Shown here: in pieces, positions 1-9,120 of the stretch
Position numbering within the stretch: position 1 is the first letter of the stretch
How the letters are laid out: every line of letters starts with the position of its first letter
Assembly (NCBI GenBank): GCA_039030515.1
Contig: JBCCEA010000020.1
Location: 1 to 64,000 of the forward strand
From: Myxococcota bacterium
GTDB taxonomy: Bacteria > Myxococcota_A > Polyangia > Polyangiales > Houyiibacteriaceae
Reading direction: 5' to 3'
DNA: 64,000 nt
Program-made: the position numbers and the translations under genes
The notes under the pieces: model-generated
The model's database searches: none
The model's input: only the letters and a program-made list of their open reading frames with translations
What the model was told of the DNA's origin: nothing

Positions 1-660
1 CCTAATTTTATCAGCACGTTGCCGGAGCTCATCCCGTCGCCCAAGCAATTCAGCGGCAGAGATCGCCACGACGATGCCGTGTAGCGGCCTGCGGGGACCC
101 TTCTTCGTGAGCACTTGGAGAAAGCAGTGCCATTCATCACGGTGGTCGTCGGAGCTCGCCCAGCGCCCAGTAGTATCGAGCAGAACCCCTCGATTGGACA
201 ACCACCAGTCGCAACCTTTCGTTTCTTCGTTCGCGTTGAGGTCGTCCTCCGTCTTTCCAAAGAACCCCAATCCGGAACGACGAATCGCGGCGGTCTTGCC
301 CGATCCACTCGGACCGAGCATGAGAACCCAGGGGAGCTGCGCGCCTGAGCCACCACCAAAACCAAGCGTACTCCTGTGCCCCAAGGCCGCCCTTGCCTTC
401 TCCAGCTTGCTGCGAAACTCTCTTTCTTTGGATCGTAGTTTCGGAGGCACGGTTCCGGTCCCGAACTTCGACCGTAGGTCTACGACCGCACGTCGAACCC
501 ACCGAACACCCCGAACTCGCGCTGCGGGGGACACAAAAAAAAGGAACAGAACCAAGACGCTGCCGATGCAGGGCAAAGCCAAGGGAATCTGCTCGGCGAA
601 AAGAAACCAAAGCCCCCATAGAATGGCAAGAGCGATCACTCCAAAAACGTATCGACCCAT
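1..660 (-). CDS. tssM: Type VI secretion membrane-complex protein TssM/IcmF, N-terminal part (runs off the left edge)
   Basis: Manual translation from ATG at 660: two N-terminal hydrophobic segments, then LPWVLMLGPSGSGKTAAIRRSGL...GCDWWLSNRGVLLDTTGRW...EWHCFLQVLTKKGPRRPLHGIVVAIS. This is the IcmF/ImcF P-loop, CDWW, DTxGR and RxPLxG motif series. Frame open to base 1; absent from the ORF track. Confidence 0.85.
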   Translation of the reverse strand, partial: MGRYVFGVIALAILWGLWFLFAEQIPLALPCIGSVLVLFLFFVSPAARVRGVRWVRRAVVDLRSKFGTGTVPPKLRSKEREFRSKLEKARAALGHRSTLGFGGGSGAQLPWVLMLGPSGSGKTAAIRRSGLGFFGKTEDDLNANEETKGCDWWLSNRGVLLDTTGRWASSDDHRDEWHCFLQVLTKKGPRRPLHGIVVAISAAELLGRRDELRQRADKIR

Positions 661-757
661 ACATGCTCCACCCAGAGGAATGAACCGTCGTCAGCGGGCA
701 CCTGCGACAAAGTAAAGGGATGCTAGAGGCTGCTATGTCTGCTAGCTGAGGCTAATC

Positions 758-834
<77 letters not shown>

Positions 835-1102
835 TATAACCAAAAGCCAAGCAGTAACGACACCCCGTGATTGCTGGAACACAAACGCCTTGAAGAACGC
901 GCCGAGTATCTCCTAACTGTCGTACGTCCGGCGTCACTGAACCTTCCCCACCACCTGATACCCGCCCAACCGGGTGCGGTTCAATTGCTACTCTTCGTTT
1001 CTTCTCCTTGTCTGCACATCATTCTTCTTTCACGTTGGGCCCAGAATACAGACTACATCTAGTTCAGTAGTTCTGGTTTTTATTCAGGAGGTAACACTGG
1101 CC

Positions 1103-2158
1103 ATGGCTTTTTGTCCGACTGCTTCTACGTACGTTACTGCAACAGATCCCCCTCTTCCGATAACTTCTCCTCCGAGTCCCCCTCCTCCGAGAACTTTTCC
1201 TCCGAGCCCCCCCGGCACACCCCGGCCGTCGTGGCCTGTAAACAACCTGTTCAGCCCTGTTGCTCCTGGGAGACCCTGGTCTGCTGGAGAGCATGGGCGG
1301 TTCGTGGGGATTACGCGGCTGCCATCCGATGACGGCACTGGCCAGAACAGCCCTGCGGGTGTGCGACTCACAAAACTCGATCCTCGTCCCGGAATCAATG
1401 CAGGGCACGCTTGTACGGTTTGTCTTGGACCGAGTCCCCCGCGGCTATACCCCATCGTTTTTGATTGCCAAGCGCAAAAAGGGGGGCATGCCGCCACAGC
1501 ACGATTCCATGCCGTTTGTTCGCAATGCCTTCCACAATGGATTCGTCATCAAAGAGACGGTCATAGAGCTTGTCCCACTTGCGGCAAACCTTTGCGGGAG
1601 GATTTGCAAGCATGTAGTGGTCGATTACTTGAGGCCGTCGACCAAAGCGGGGGTAATCGTAGTGCATTGAAGGCAAAAATAGGCAATTTTTTAAGCGATG
1701 GACATCGGACCATGCTCAATGTGTCCAACACTGAACTGGGTATACCGACCACCGGCGGACTACCGACCACCAGCGGACCACCGACCACCAGCGGACGTCC
1801 TACCAGACCCTATAATGGAGTTCGCGGTTGTCTTGAGTGTATCTTTTGCTTCACATGCTGTTGGATTCCCGTCACCCTGGGTTACGGGATATACGAGTGT
1901 TGCCGTATTTTAAGCGATCCGGCGCGGCGCACCGCGGGTCTTAGACAGGCCGGCGCGGGTCTTAGACAAACAGCCTACGATTGTGGTCAGTGTATCTATC
2001 CGTTCCTGGTTGTGATTACTACACCTGTATGGATGACTCTCTTCATCATCTTCGTCATTTGTTGTGGGATAGCCTTCGCGTGTGACGAGATAGCCAAAAT
2101 AGTCAAGCGCTGCTGTCCAGCCCGTCCGCCCCTGGCAGGTGTACCGACTCAGGTCTGA
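1103..2158 (+). CDS. Eukaryote-like RING-finger protein with Pro-rich N-terminus and Cys-rich C-terminal transmembrane segments (putative E3 ligase mimic)
   Basis: AGGAGGT at 1086-1092 precedes ATG 1103 (track ORF starts at 974). Motif CTVC-x14-C-x13-H-x2-C-x2-C-LPQW-x10-CPTC; C-terminal hydrophobic Cys-rich helices. Confidence 0.7.
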   Translation: MAFCPTASTYVTATDPPLPITSPPSPPPPRTFPPSPPGTPRPSWPVNNLFSPVAPGRPWSAGEHGRFVGITRLPSDDGTGQNSPAGVRLTKLDPRPGINAGHACTVCLGPSPPRLYPIVFDCQAQKGGHAATARFHAVCSQCLPQWIRHQRDGHRACPTCGKPLREDLQACSGRLLEAVDQSGGNRSALKAKIGNFLSDGHRTMLNVSNTELGIPTTGGLPTTSGPPTTSGRPTRPYNGVRGCLECIFCFTCCWIPVTLGYGIYECCRILSDPARRTAGLRQAGAGLRQTAYDCGQCIYPFLVVITTPVWMTLFIIFVICCGIAFACDEIAKIVKRCCPARPPLAGVPTQV

Positions 2159-2354
2159 TGATGATCCGATATGGGTGCCTGTCCTTCTCGTATTAGTGCA
2201 GGGAAGACAAGTGCTGCCGTCTAGTCCGCTTCTGAGAAATCCCCTGGTTTTCATGGGAAAGACGCGCGAAAGCATCGAATATCACTAAGGTTTTGTGAAG
2301 GACCAAAGTCGATCCTGTAGGCGAGCGCTTGAGGTCTAGTTGGACCTACGCCGA

Positions 2355-2441
2355 ATGGGACACATGAGAAACGGGCGACTTCTGAGCCCCGTGAAAATCA
2401 AAGACATGTTGTCTGAGGTATTCGAGGACACTCATGGCTAG
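2355..2441 (+). pseudogene. Possible transposase N-terminal fragment (IS4-like remnant)
   Basis: Short ORF MGHMRNGRLLSPVKIKDMLSEVFEDTHG* recalls N-termini of myxobacterial IS4-type transposases (resemblance from memory only); lies in a decayed island. Confidence 0.25.
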
Positions 2442-2803
2442 CGATAGAAGTCTGTCGCGAACCATAACGGCGAACATGGAGTCGGCGCGGGCTGCGATTC
2501 ATTCTTTGCAGGCTGCTTATGCGGCAAAGCCGCGTTTTATATGCGGCGGTTTCCGAGTTTCAATCGAAGAGTAGAGTCAACCACGTATTCTGCTCGACGC
2601 AGCTCTTCTTTGCTCTCTTGGAGCTCAAGATGTGTTGTGCGCGTAATTGGCGTGTTGCCCACCAAACCGGGGAAACCTCAGCCTCGACACCAACATTGAA
2701 GTAGAGGTGCTCACTGACCATCGCCTCCTCGTTAGGGGGTGGGCACGGGCGGTCGTAGCGGCTGCAACCACGGCCCCCTCGCCTATTTCGGGGCACGTAC
2801 TTG

Positions 2804-2865
2804 CAGGCTCCCATTAGAAATTGAGGCTGGCAAGGGCTAACCGATGGATTTCTAATGGGATTCTG
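2804..2865. mobile_element. 62-bp collapsed IS/MITE-like scar with 18-bp terminal inverted repeats
   Basis: CAGGCTCCCATTAGAAAT (2804-2821) versus the reverse complement of 2848-2865, CAGAATCCCATTAGAAAT: 16/18 match with a 13-bp perfect core and a 26-bp spacer. Confidence 0.5.
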
Positions 2866-2891
2866 AAGCCGTCCGAGCGAAGTCGGTCCCA

Positions 2892-3236
2892 TTGCGCGCT
2901 GGTAGCGAGGGGCAAGAGGTTACCCTCACGGTGCCGCGTGAAGCATTCGAATTGTTCACGCAGGTCTTGGCGGAGATGGCGAACGGGAATGCCGTGACAC
3001 TGATGCCCGTCAACGCAGAATTGACGACACAAGCAGCTGCAGGTCTGCTGAACGTCTCCCGTCCTTTCCTGATCCAGCTCCTCGAAGATCAGGAGATACC
3101 TTACCGAATGGTCGGAACTCATCGACGCATTCTCGCTGAAGACGTTATTAGGTACCGCGAGTCTTCGAAAGTTCGAAGCAAGAAGGCTCTCAAGGAGCTC
3201 GCAGAACTCGCGCAAGAACACGATCTCGGTTACTGA
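2892..3236 (+). CDS. Excisionase-like HTH DNA-binding protein (antitoxin partner of PIN toxin), probably 5'-truncated
   Basis: ELTTQAAAGLLNVSRPFLIQLLE..IPYRMVGTHRRI...LAQEHDLGY is typical of the HTH_17/excisionase proteins encoded upstream of PIN toxins. An in-frame TAA at 2853-2855 lies inside the inverted-repeat scar. Confidence 0.8.
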   Translation: MRAGSEGQEVTLTVPREAFELFTQVLAEMANGNAVTLMPVNAELTTQAAAGLLNVSRPFLIQLLEDQEIPYRMVGTHRRILAEDVIRYRESSKVRSKKALKELAELAQEHDLGY

Positions 3237-3242
3237 ACCCTC

Positions 3243-3362
3243 GCAGCATTCACGGTCGCATACGATGCGTACGTTCTCTACCCGGCCGCGCTGCGGGACC
3301 TACTGCTCCGCCTCGCGATTGGTGATCTCGTTCGAGCTCGATGGACGGCTGACGTGAGCTGA
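3243..3362 (+). pseudogene. Truncated PIN-domain (VapC-like) toxin
   Basis: Translates to AAFTVAYDAYVLYPAALRDLLLRLAIGDLVRARWTADVS*, matching the DAxVLYPAxLRDLLxRLA...RARWT N-terminus of PIN toxins that follow this HTH family. No start codon; stops after 39 aa. Confidence 0.75.
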
Positions 3363-3456
3363 TGCCCACCTGACTCCGGCCTGACCGGGTACGGTTCGAA
3401 TGCCCGACCGACCGGGTACGGGCCGAGACGTTCTCTCATTGGCAAACTCGGTGGGG

Positions 3457-4824
3457 TCATTCACGACAGAGTTCATTGAGCGTTGCTTTGCTTTCTGGTG
3501 CTGCTTCCGAGTGATTCACAGCGAGGGGCCACCAAAGGTGGAAGCGGGCTCCACCCGAAGGGGCGTCATCCACCCAAACGCTTCCTTCGTGCAGCGTCAT
3601 GACGCGTTTGACGATGGCGAGACCTAGGCCCACTCCTCCGAAGGCGCGATTGCGACTCTGCTCGACTCGAGCGAAGGGATCAAAGATCCTTTCGCGATCG
3701 GACTGAGGGATGCCGGGACCGTCGTCACCGACAACCACAGTTGCAAACCGAACACCGTCACGCTCTTGTTCTCCGAGCTCCAGCAAGATGAGCTTCGACG
3801 CAAAGCGCATCGCGTTTTGCAGTAAGTTGCTCAGAGCGCGGTGAACGTGCTGTCGCTCGCCAACGATGGTCGGGCACGCTCCTTTGACTTTGATGTTCAC
3901 GCGCGATTGCGCCGTTGATGCCTTACGCACAACGTCAGCCGCGATGTCTCCGAGGTCAAGCGACTCCTTCTTCACCGGGGCCGCACGCGAATCAAACTTG
4001 GCGTAGGTGAGAAGTTCTTCCACCATCTGTTCAATTTCTTCGATGTCTTCATCGATGCTGTCATGGTTCCTTCGGAAAGCCCCGTTACTCGAAGCATCGG
4101 ACATGGCTTCTAGCGCAAATCGGACGCGTGCCAGTGGCGTGCGCAGTTCGTGCGCCACCGCATGAAGCAAGTGCTCTTGTCGCTCGACGTGTTGTTGCAC
4201 TGTATCCACCATGGCGTTGAAACTTCGAGCAAACGCGCCGACCGCATCATTGGGACCTTCTTTGACGCGCCGTGCGAGTTCTCCGCGGCGAATATGAGCG
4301 GTGGCTTTGGCGAGCCCATTCATGCGTCGCGCGAGGGGGGCGGTCAGCAGATAACTGCTTCCTCCTGTAATCAAGCAAACAAAAACGAGACCAACAATAA
4401 AGAACCAAGCCGGAGGGTCTGGTTCATTCGGCAGTGGTCCCATGAGGATCGCGGTACCATCTCCAAGCGGCCGTGCGACTCGAAGCATTCCGCGGACAGC
4501 GCTGTCTAGAACACGAAGTCCGTCATCTGCTCGATGCAGCTCTTCTCCGGTCTCTTGGAGCCCAGAGAGTGTTGCCCGCGTAATTGGGTAGCCAAACTGA
4601 GCCGATAGTTGCGTGAGTATCTGCTCTTGTTGGCTCTCGGGAGCGCTCAGTAGTCGCTGTTGGACGAGCAAGCTCGGACCCGCCATGCGCCGCGCGTCGG
4701 TTGCCGGTTCGGTAGCGAAGACGATCCATAAACCATAGGAGAGAACGGTAAGCCAACCACAGATCGTTGCAGCGGTCATGGCTGCGGCCACCACGACTTC
4801 GCGCCTTTGCCACCAATGATGCAT
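3457..4824 (-). CDS. Membrane sensor histidine kinase (HAMP-HisKA-HATPase, RstB/CpxA-like)
   Basis: Two TM segments, HAMP, H-box AVAHELRTPL, NLLQNA, DDGPGI, GGVGLGLAIV. Confidence 0.93.
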   Translation of the reverse strand: MHHWWQRREVVVAAAMTAATICGWLTVLSYGLWIVFATEPATDARRMAGPSLLVQQRLLSAPESQQEQILTQLSAQFGYPITRATLSGLQETGEELHRADDGLRVLDSAVRGMLRVARPLGDGTAILMGPLPNEPDPPAWFFIVGLVFVCLITGGSSYLLTAPLARRMNGLAKATAHIRRGELARRVKEGPNDAVGAFARSFNAMVDTVQQHVERQEHLLHAVAHELRTPLARVRFALEAMSDASSNGAFRRNHDSIDEDIEEIEQMVEELLTYAKFDSRAAPVKKESLDLGDIAADVVRKASTAQSRVNIKVKGACPTIVGERQHVHRALSNLLQNAMRFASKLILLELGEQERDGVRFATVVVGDDGPGIPQSDRERIFDPFARVEQSRNRAFGGVGLGLAIVKRVMTLHEGSVWVDDAPSGGARFHLWWPLAVNHSEAAPESKATLNELCRE

Positions 4825-5516
4825 CAGACAATCTCGACTATTTGATAGCCAACGCCTCGTATGGATTTGATCACCTTAGGGCGCTCACCGGTATCCAAAA
4901 GTTTCTGCCGGAGACGTGAAATACGCAGGTCTACAGAGCGTTCCATGCCGTCGTATTCGATGCCTCGCAAATCGCGATAGATATCCTCACGTGATACCGT
5001 CGTTCCTGCATGTTTTGCTAGGTAGTGTAGAAGCTCGAACTCGCTCGTCGAGAGTGTCAGTTCCTGGCGGTCGAGAGACGCAACGCGGGACGCGGGATCG
5101 ATGATCAAGCGACCGAGGCGAAGAATCCCTGAGGTAGCTTCAGACGAAGATGAGTGACGGCGAAGCAATGCTTGAATCCGGGCCAGCAGTACCCGTGGGC
5201 GGGCCGGCTTACGCACGTAGTCATCAGCTCCATCCTCCAGTCCCTCGATTTCATCGAGGTCGCCCGACCGTGCAGTGAGCATCAACACCGGACAATCCAC
5301 CTTGGCCGAACGGATGCGACGACACACGGTCAGCCCGTCCACAGAGGGCAACATCACATCCAAGATGACCAGGTCGGGTTTTTCTTGAACGATACGCTCG
5401 ATAGCGCGAACCCCGTCCGTTTCAGTGATAGTGCGAAATCCTCGCGAGTCCAGAAAGTCTTCGACCATTCGGGCCAGCTTGAGATCGTCTTCAACGATAA
5501 AGATAAGAGGATTCAT
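4824..5516 (-). CDS. OmpR-family response regulator (RstA-like)
   Basis: IVEDD, LVILDVMLP, VLMLTA, GADDYVRKP; winged helix RSVDLRISRLRQKL...IKSIRGVGY. Alternative start at 5555. Confidence 0.94.
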   Translation of the reverse strand: MNPLIFIVEDDLKLARMVEDFLDSRGFRTITETDGVRAIERIVQEKPDLVILDVMLPSVDGLTVCRRIRSAKVDCPVLMLTARSGDLDEIEGLEDGADDYVRKPARPRVLLARIQALLRRHSSSSEATSGILRLGRLIIDPASRVASLDRQELTLSTSEFELLHYLAKHAGTTVSREDIYRDLRGIEYDGMERSVDLRISRLRQKLLDTGERPKVIKSIRGVGYQIVEIV

Positions 5517-5542
5517 GGGTCTCTTTGCAAAACCTTCCCTGC

Positions 5543-6445
5543 TTAACGAATGCATAACTGCCGACGAACCCGGGTCATCCCCAGTCGTCCATCACGAAGA
5601 ACGAAATCGAAGTGCACTGTGATTTCCTCAGCCCGTAGCGGCGTCTCTGGAGCGATCCATTCGACTTCTGCTTCTGAAATCAAGTCGTCGAAGATGGAGA
5701 ACTGGCGATCCCATTCGCCGTGGGTGGTGAAATGAGAAAGGAGAAGTCGCTCCTGTTCACCGTCCGCGGTCAACTCCCTTATCGAATTGGCGAACGGCCC
5801 GAATTGGACGACTTTCGTTTCGCCCACGGACGCGACTTGCTCATTCGGCATGTCGCAGCCACCGTCGAGTGGCCATGGCTGGTCGTTCAGGGAGATGTTG
5901 TCCGACACCAGGACGGGAAGTTGGTTGGGCCAGTCTTCGGAAGCCACGGGAATCTCTAGAGAGAACACGGTTCCGATTTGACCGTCACTGCACCCGTCCG
6001 GAGGCAGTACCCCGTCCTCTGGAATCACGTCCAACGCAGGCTCGGCACCTGGTGGGCACAAGAGACCTTGGAGAAGCATCGACTCTGCATCGTAGTCCTC
6101 GGGAACGGTCACGCGGAACGCTGGCTCCGTGGCGTCGAAGGGAGATACGTACTGCGAAAAGGCCGCTTGACGGCAAAGAGGGCCGCGCTGCGGATCGACG
6201 CTTCCTGTTTCGCACGCGAGAACAAAGAAAGAAGCCACCACATCTCCTCCTTCCGGAGTGCTCAGGATCAGCGAGGCATTTAGGGAAGACCCTGGACGAA
6301 CATCGAGAATGCCGTCGTCCGTTTCGAGCTCCATGCCCAAAAGTCTTAGCTCTGTGATGGTCGATCCCGGAACGAAATCCCCTTCGCAGGCGACCAGTAA
6401 GCTGCATATTGACAACCATCCTACGGTTACGAGTGCGCGCATCAC
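5543..6445 (-). CDS. Lipoprotein accompanying the TonB-dependent receptor
   Basis: Lipobox LLVAC; C-terminal FVLRDGRLG; overlaps the receptor stop codon. Confidence 0.75.
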   Translation of the reverse strand: MMRALVTVGWLSICSLLVACEGDFVPGSTITELRLLGMELETDDGILDVRPGSSLNASLILSTPEGGDVVASFFVLACETGSVDPQRGPLCRQAAFSQYVSPFDATEPAFRVTVPEDYDAESMLLQGLLCPPGAEPALDVIPEDGVLPPDGCSDGQIGTVFSLEIPVASEDWPNQLPVLVSDNISLNDQPWPLDGGCDMPNEQVASVGETKVVQFGPFANSIRELTADGEQERLLLSHFTTHGEWDRQFSIFDDLISEAEVEWIAPETPLRAEEITVHFDFVLRDGRLGMTRVRRQLCIR

Positions 6446-9120
6446 ATTTCACCTCGCAGACCAATCGACGGAATGATCGGTAGTCCGTTGGACGTCGACG
6501 ACTCCGTGAAGTTGTAGTTGTAGTTTCGGGATTCGGGGTTCTGACGGTTGTAAACGTTCTGAATATCGACGTAGAACGTGAGGGAGATGGGCTCGACGAG
6601 CCACTGTTTCTCGAATCGAACATCGAGACGGTGAAAGAAGCCGGCGCGATCGCTGTTGAGGGTCCCATACACCGGTCGGTACTGGTCTGCCGCCACATCG
6701 TAAATCCCCCGTTCGGCTGGAGTGATGGGGTTGCCGCTTGCAAGGCGAAACAATGCTGAAAACCTCCAACCGCCGCGGAGCTGGTATCCCGCGGACGCGG
6801 TCAGCAAGTGGGTCTGGTCAAAGTCGAATAGACGCCACGGTCCGCCCTGGTCGCTTCGTTCACTCCTCGACAGGGTGTAGTTGAGGAATCCGATAGGGCC
6901 CTGGCGGCTCCTCGGATCGTTGGGGTCCCCCTCGGTCGCGTTCAACATAGCGCTGACTTCGAATCCATAGATGCGTCCGATGCCGTTATTTACGAAGCCT
7001 TCGCCAGATTCCGTGCTTTGAACGACGCGGTTGTACAGATGCTTGAAGAAACCCTCCGTTCCAAGGCGTAGGTATTCGCCGACGTCTGCCTCAAAGCCGA
7101 TAGCGCTGTGGACGGCGCGAATCGCACCCAGGTCCGGATTGCCGAGCAGTTCATCAGACTCGACGAGCTCAGGCGCCTGCGAAAACATCCCCACTCCAGC
7201 TTTCAAACGAAACCGGTCGGTGACGCTGTAGATTGCGGCAACTCGGGGATCAAAGGTCAGCTGCTCGAGCGTTCCGAAGTAGTCGGCGCGGAGCCCCAAG
7301 ATGAGCTGCAACTCTTCCACTGGATAGATATCGAGTTCCGCATACGCCGCAGGCCGCATCATCAGGCCATCGGTGGTCACGTCGATAGTGTCGAACTCCG
7401 GACTTTCAAATGCGCCTTCGGAGGCGCCCGGTGGTGGTCCGAAGAGTTCAATCTCATAGGGAGCGACGATCATGTCGGCCCCGAGGCGTAGATTGAACCT
7501 ATCGGAGATGGCTTGCTGGAACTCCGCGCGAAGCACGAGGTCGAACACCTCTGTAACCGTACGCTGCGCTTCTCCCAACTGAAATCGCTCGCGACGGGAA
7601 CCTCCGGCCACGGTGATCTCGTGGGCGCTTCCTTGGCTGTACTGGCGCTTCCAAGTCAGGTCGACGCGATCGAAGTCGCTTGTCAGCGATGACCGTCCGA
7701 CCTCGAAGGGGTTTTCGTCTTCCGGTTCAGTGGACGTAAATGCAAACCCGTCGCGCGAACCATAACTGCGCAAGATGAGTTCGTCCGAGCTCGATAGACG
7801 AAACAAGCCGATCACTTGGTAATCTTGATAGACAGGAGCAGAGATATTGGAGGTACCTGCTCCATCGAGTAGCGGCGTGAGCCAATAGCCGATCAGGCTT
7901 TGTCGAAAACCAGCCGCAACGCTTCCCCATGTACCCAGGGGCGTTTCCAGGAGAAGGGAGGTATCGACGGCGTTAAGATCCGCCGCGAAATGAAAGCCGT
8001 CGGTTCTGGGGGGCCGGGCTCGAACCTCAACCACACCGCCGATCCTTCTTCCGTAGCGAACGCTAAAGTTACTTGGAAAAAAGTCGATTCTGTCGACGAG
8101 CGGCGACGGTAAAAAACTCGTGAGACCGCCGAAATGATAAAGAAGTGGTACCGGAACCCCATCCAGGAATACCTGGGAGTCGGCCGGCGCGCTTCCTCGA
8201 AGGATAAGTTGACCACTGCCGAAAGGTGGGCGCGCCACACCGGGCATCACCTCCACGGCCCGCAACGCGTCACCGCGAGTTCCGGCCACACTGGCTGCTG
8301 CACGACCCGAGATGCTCCGACGGAGGACCTCACGAGGTGGGGCTTCGACGACGGCGGTTTCCCCAAAAACCGGTTCATCCGCGTTCCCAGAAACCTCCTC
8401 CAAAGCCAGCTCACCGGTCAATCGCAGGATGACAGCGGTCTCTACGTGTTCGTCCACCGTCTCTGTGGATCGGGTTGCTGCGTAGCCATCTGCGGTAACT
8501 TCTACTCGATAGGTTCCCACCGGAAGCTCGACGTACCGGAAGGTGCCGGACGGAGAATCAAAATCTGCGATCATCGGGGTATTCTCTTGGCCCGTGACAC
8601 GCACCGTGGCGCCGACCACGGGTTGGTCCAACGCATCCCGCACTTCGATGAGGAGTGCGCCCGCTGCAGGAGGCGGAGGAGGGGCGAAGTCGAAACGGTA
8701 GCGGATGCGGGCCCGCGCGGTGGTGCCATCTGCAAGCTGGGCAGGACGAAACACAAAGCGACGCATCGCGTCTTGCGCGATCTCGCCGAGGCTCGAATCT
8801 CCCTCGAGAACATCCACTTCGGATACCGATCCATCGGCTTCGACCACAACAGAGAGCTCGACGGACATAGGCTCTGTCAGCTCCATGGATTCAGGAGCGT
8901 CTACGCTCACCGCGTCGAGAACTGTGGGCGGCCGCGGCCCCATGACTTCAGGCGCGGTTGCGTCCTCCAAGCCCCCGTCTTCCGAATCGGCAGTCAACGA
9001 AGTTGGCACCTCTTCCTCAGAGTCTTCCTTGTATTCTTGGGTGCTCTGCCCAAAGGCGACGGTCGGAAACAGACTCAAGCAGAGAGCACCACAGGGTATC
9101 CAGCGCTTCACGGTAGTCAC
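6442..9120 (-). CDS. TonB-dependent receptor with N-terminal TonB-C-like and carboxypeptidase-regulatory-like domains
   Basis: GTG 9120 overlaps the tonB stop (track start 9198). Signal peptide, plug motifs (GDALRAVEVMPGV, RGSAPADSQVFLDGV, RYGRRIGGVV), barrel end FYVDIQNVYN...GLPIIPSIGLRGEM. Confidence 0.9.
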   Translation of the reverse strand: MTTVKRWIPCGALCLSLFPTVAFGQSTQEYKEDSEEEVPTSLTADSEDGGLEDATAPEVMGPRPPTVLDAVSVDAPESMELTEPMSVELSVVVEADGSVSEVDVLEGDSSLGEIAQDAMRRFVFRPAQLADGTTARARIRYRFDFAPPPPPAAGALLIEVRDALDQPVVGATVRVTGQENTPMIADFDSPSGTFRYVELPVGTYRVEVTADGYAATRSTETVDEHVETAVILRLTGELALEEVSGNADEPVFGETAVVEAPPREVLRRSISGRAAASVAGTRGDALRAVEVMPGVARPPFGSGQLILRGSAPADSQVFLDGVPVPLLYHFGGLTSFLPSPLVDRIDFFPSNFSVRYGRRIGGVVEVRARPPRTDGFHFAADLNAVDTSLLLETPLGTWGSVAAGFRQSLIGYWLTPLLDGAGTSNISAPVYQDYQVIGLFRLSSSDELILRSYGSRDGFAFTSTEPEDENPFEVGRSSLTSDFDRVDLTWKRQYSQGSAHEITVAGGSRRERFQLGEAQRTVTEVFDLVLRAEFQQAISDRFNLRLGADMIVAPYEIELFGPPPGASEGAFESPEFDTIDVTTDGLMMRPAAYAELDIYPVEELQLILGLRADYFGTLEQLTFDPRVAAIYSVTDRFRLKAGVGMFSQAPELVESDELLGNPDLGAIRAVHSAIGFEADVGEYLRLGTEGFFKHLYNRVVQSTESGEGFVNNGIGRIYGFEVSAMLNATEGDPNDPRSRQGPIGFLNYTLSRSERSDQGGPWRLFDFDQTHLLTASAGYQLRGGWRFSALFRLASGNPITPAERGIYDVAADQYRPVYGTLNSDRAGFFHRLDVRFEKQWLVEPISLTFYVDIQNVYNRQNPESRNYNYNFTESSTSNGLPIIPSIGLRGEM

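Noticed and set aside
74..715. Track ORFs 74-715 (+) and 137-664 (-)
   Set aside because: Shadow frames of the tssM reading frame, which carries the recognisable motifs.
2462..2640. attC-like integron site (CATAAC...GTTGTG ends)
   Set aside because: Arms pair poorly, the span is longer than typical attC sites, and there is no integron integrase or second site.
3383..3421. GGTTCGAAT (3393-3401, matching the tRNA T-loop) within a 12-bp direct repeat, as a possible attR of the island
   Set aside because: Only 9 bp match the tRNA and the 3' acceptor-stem sequence is absent; too short to exclude chance.
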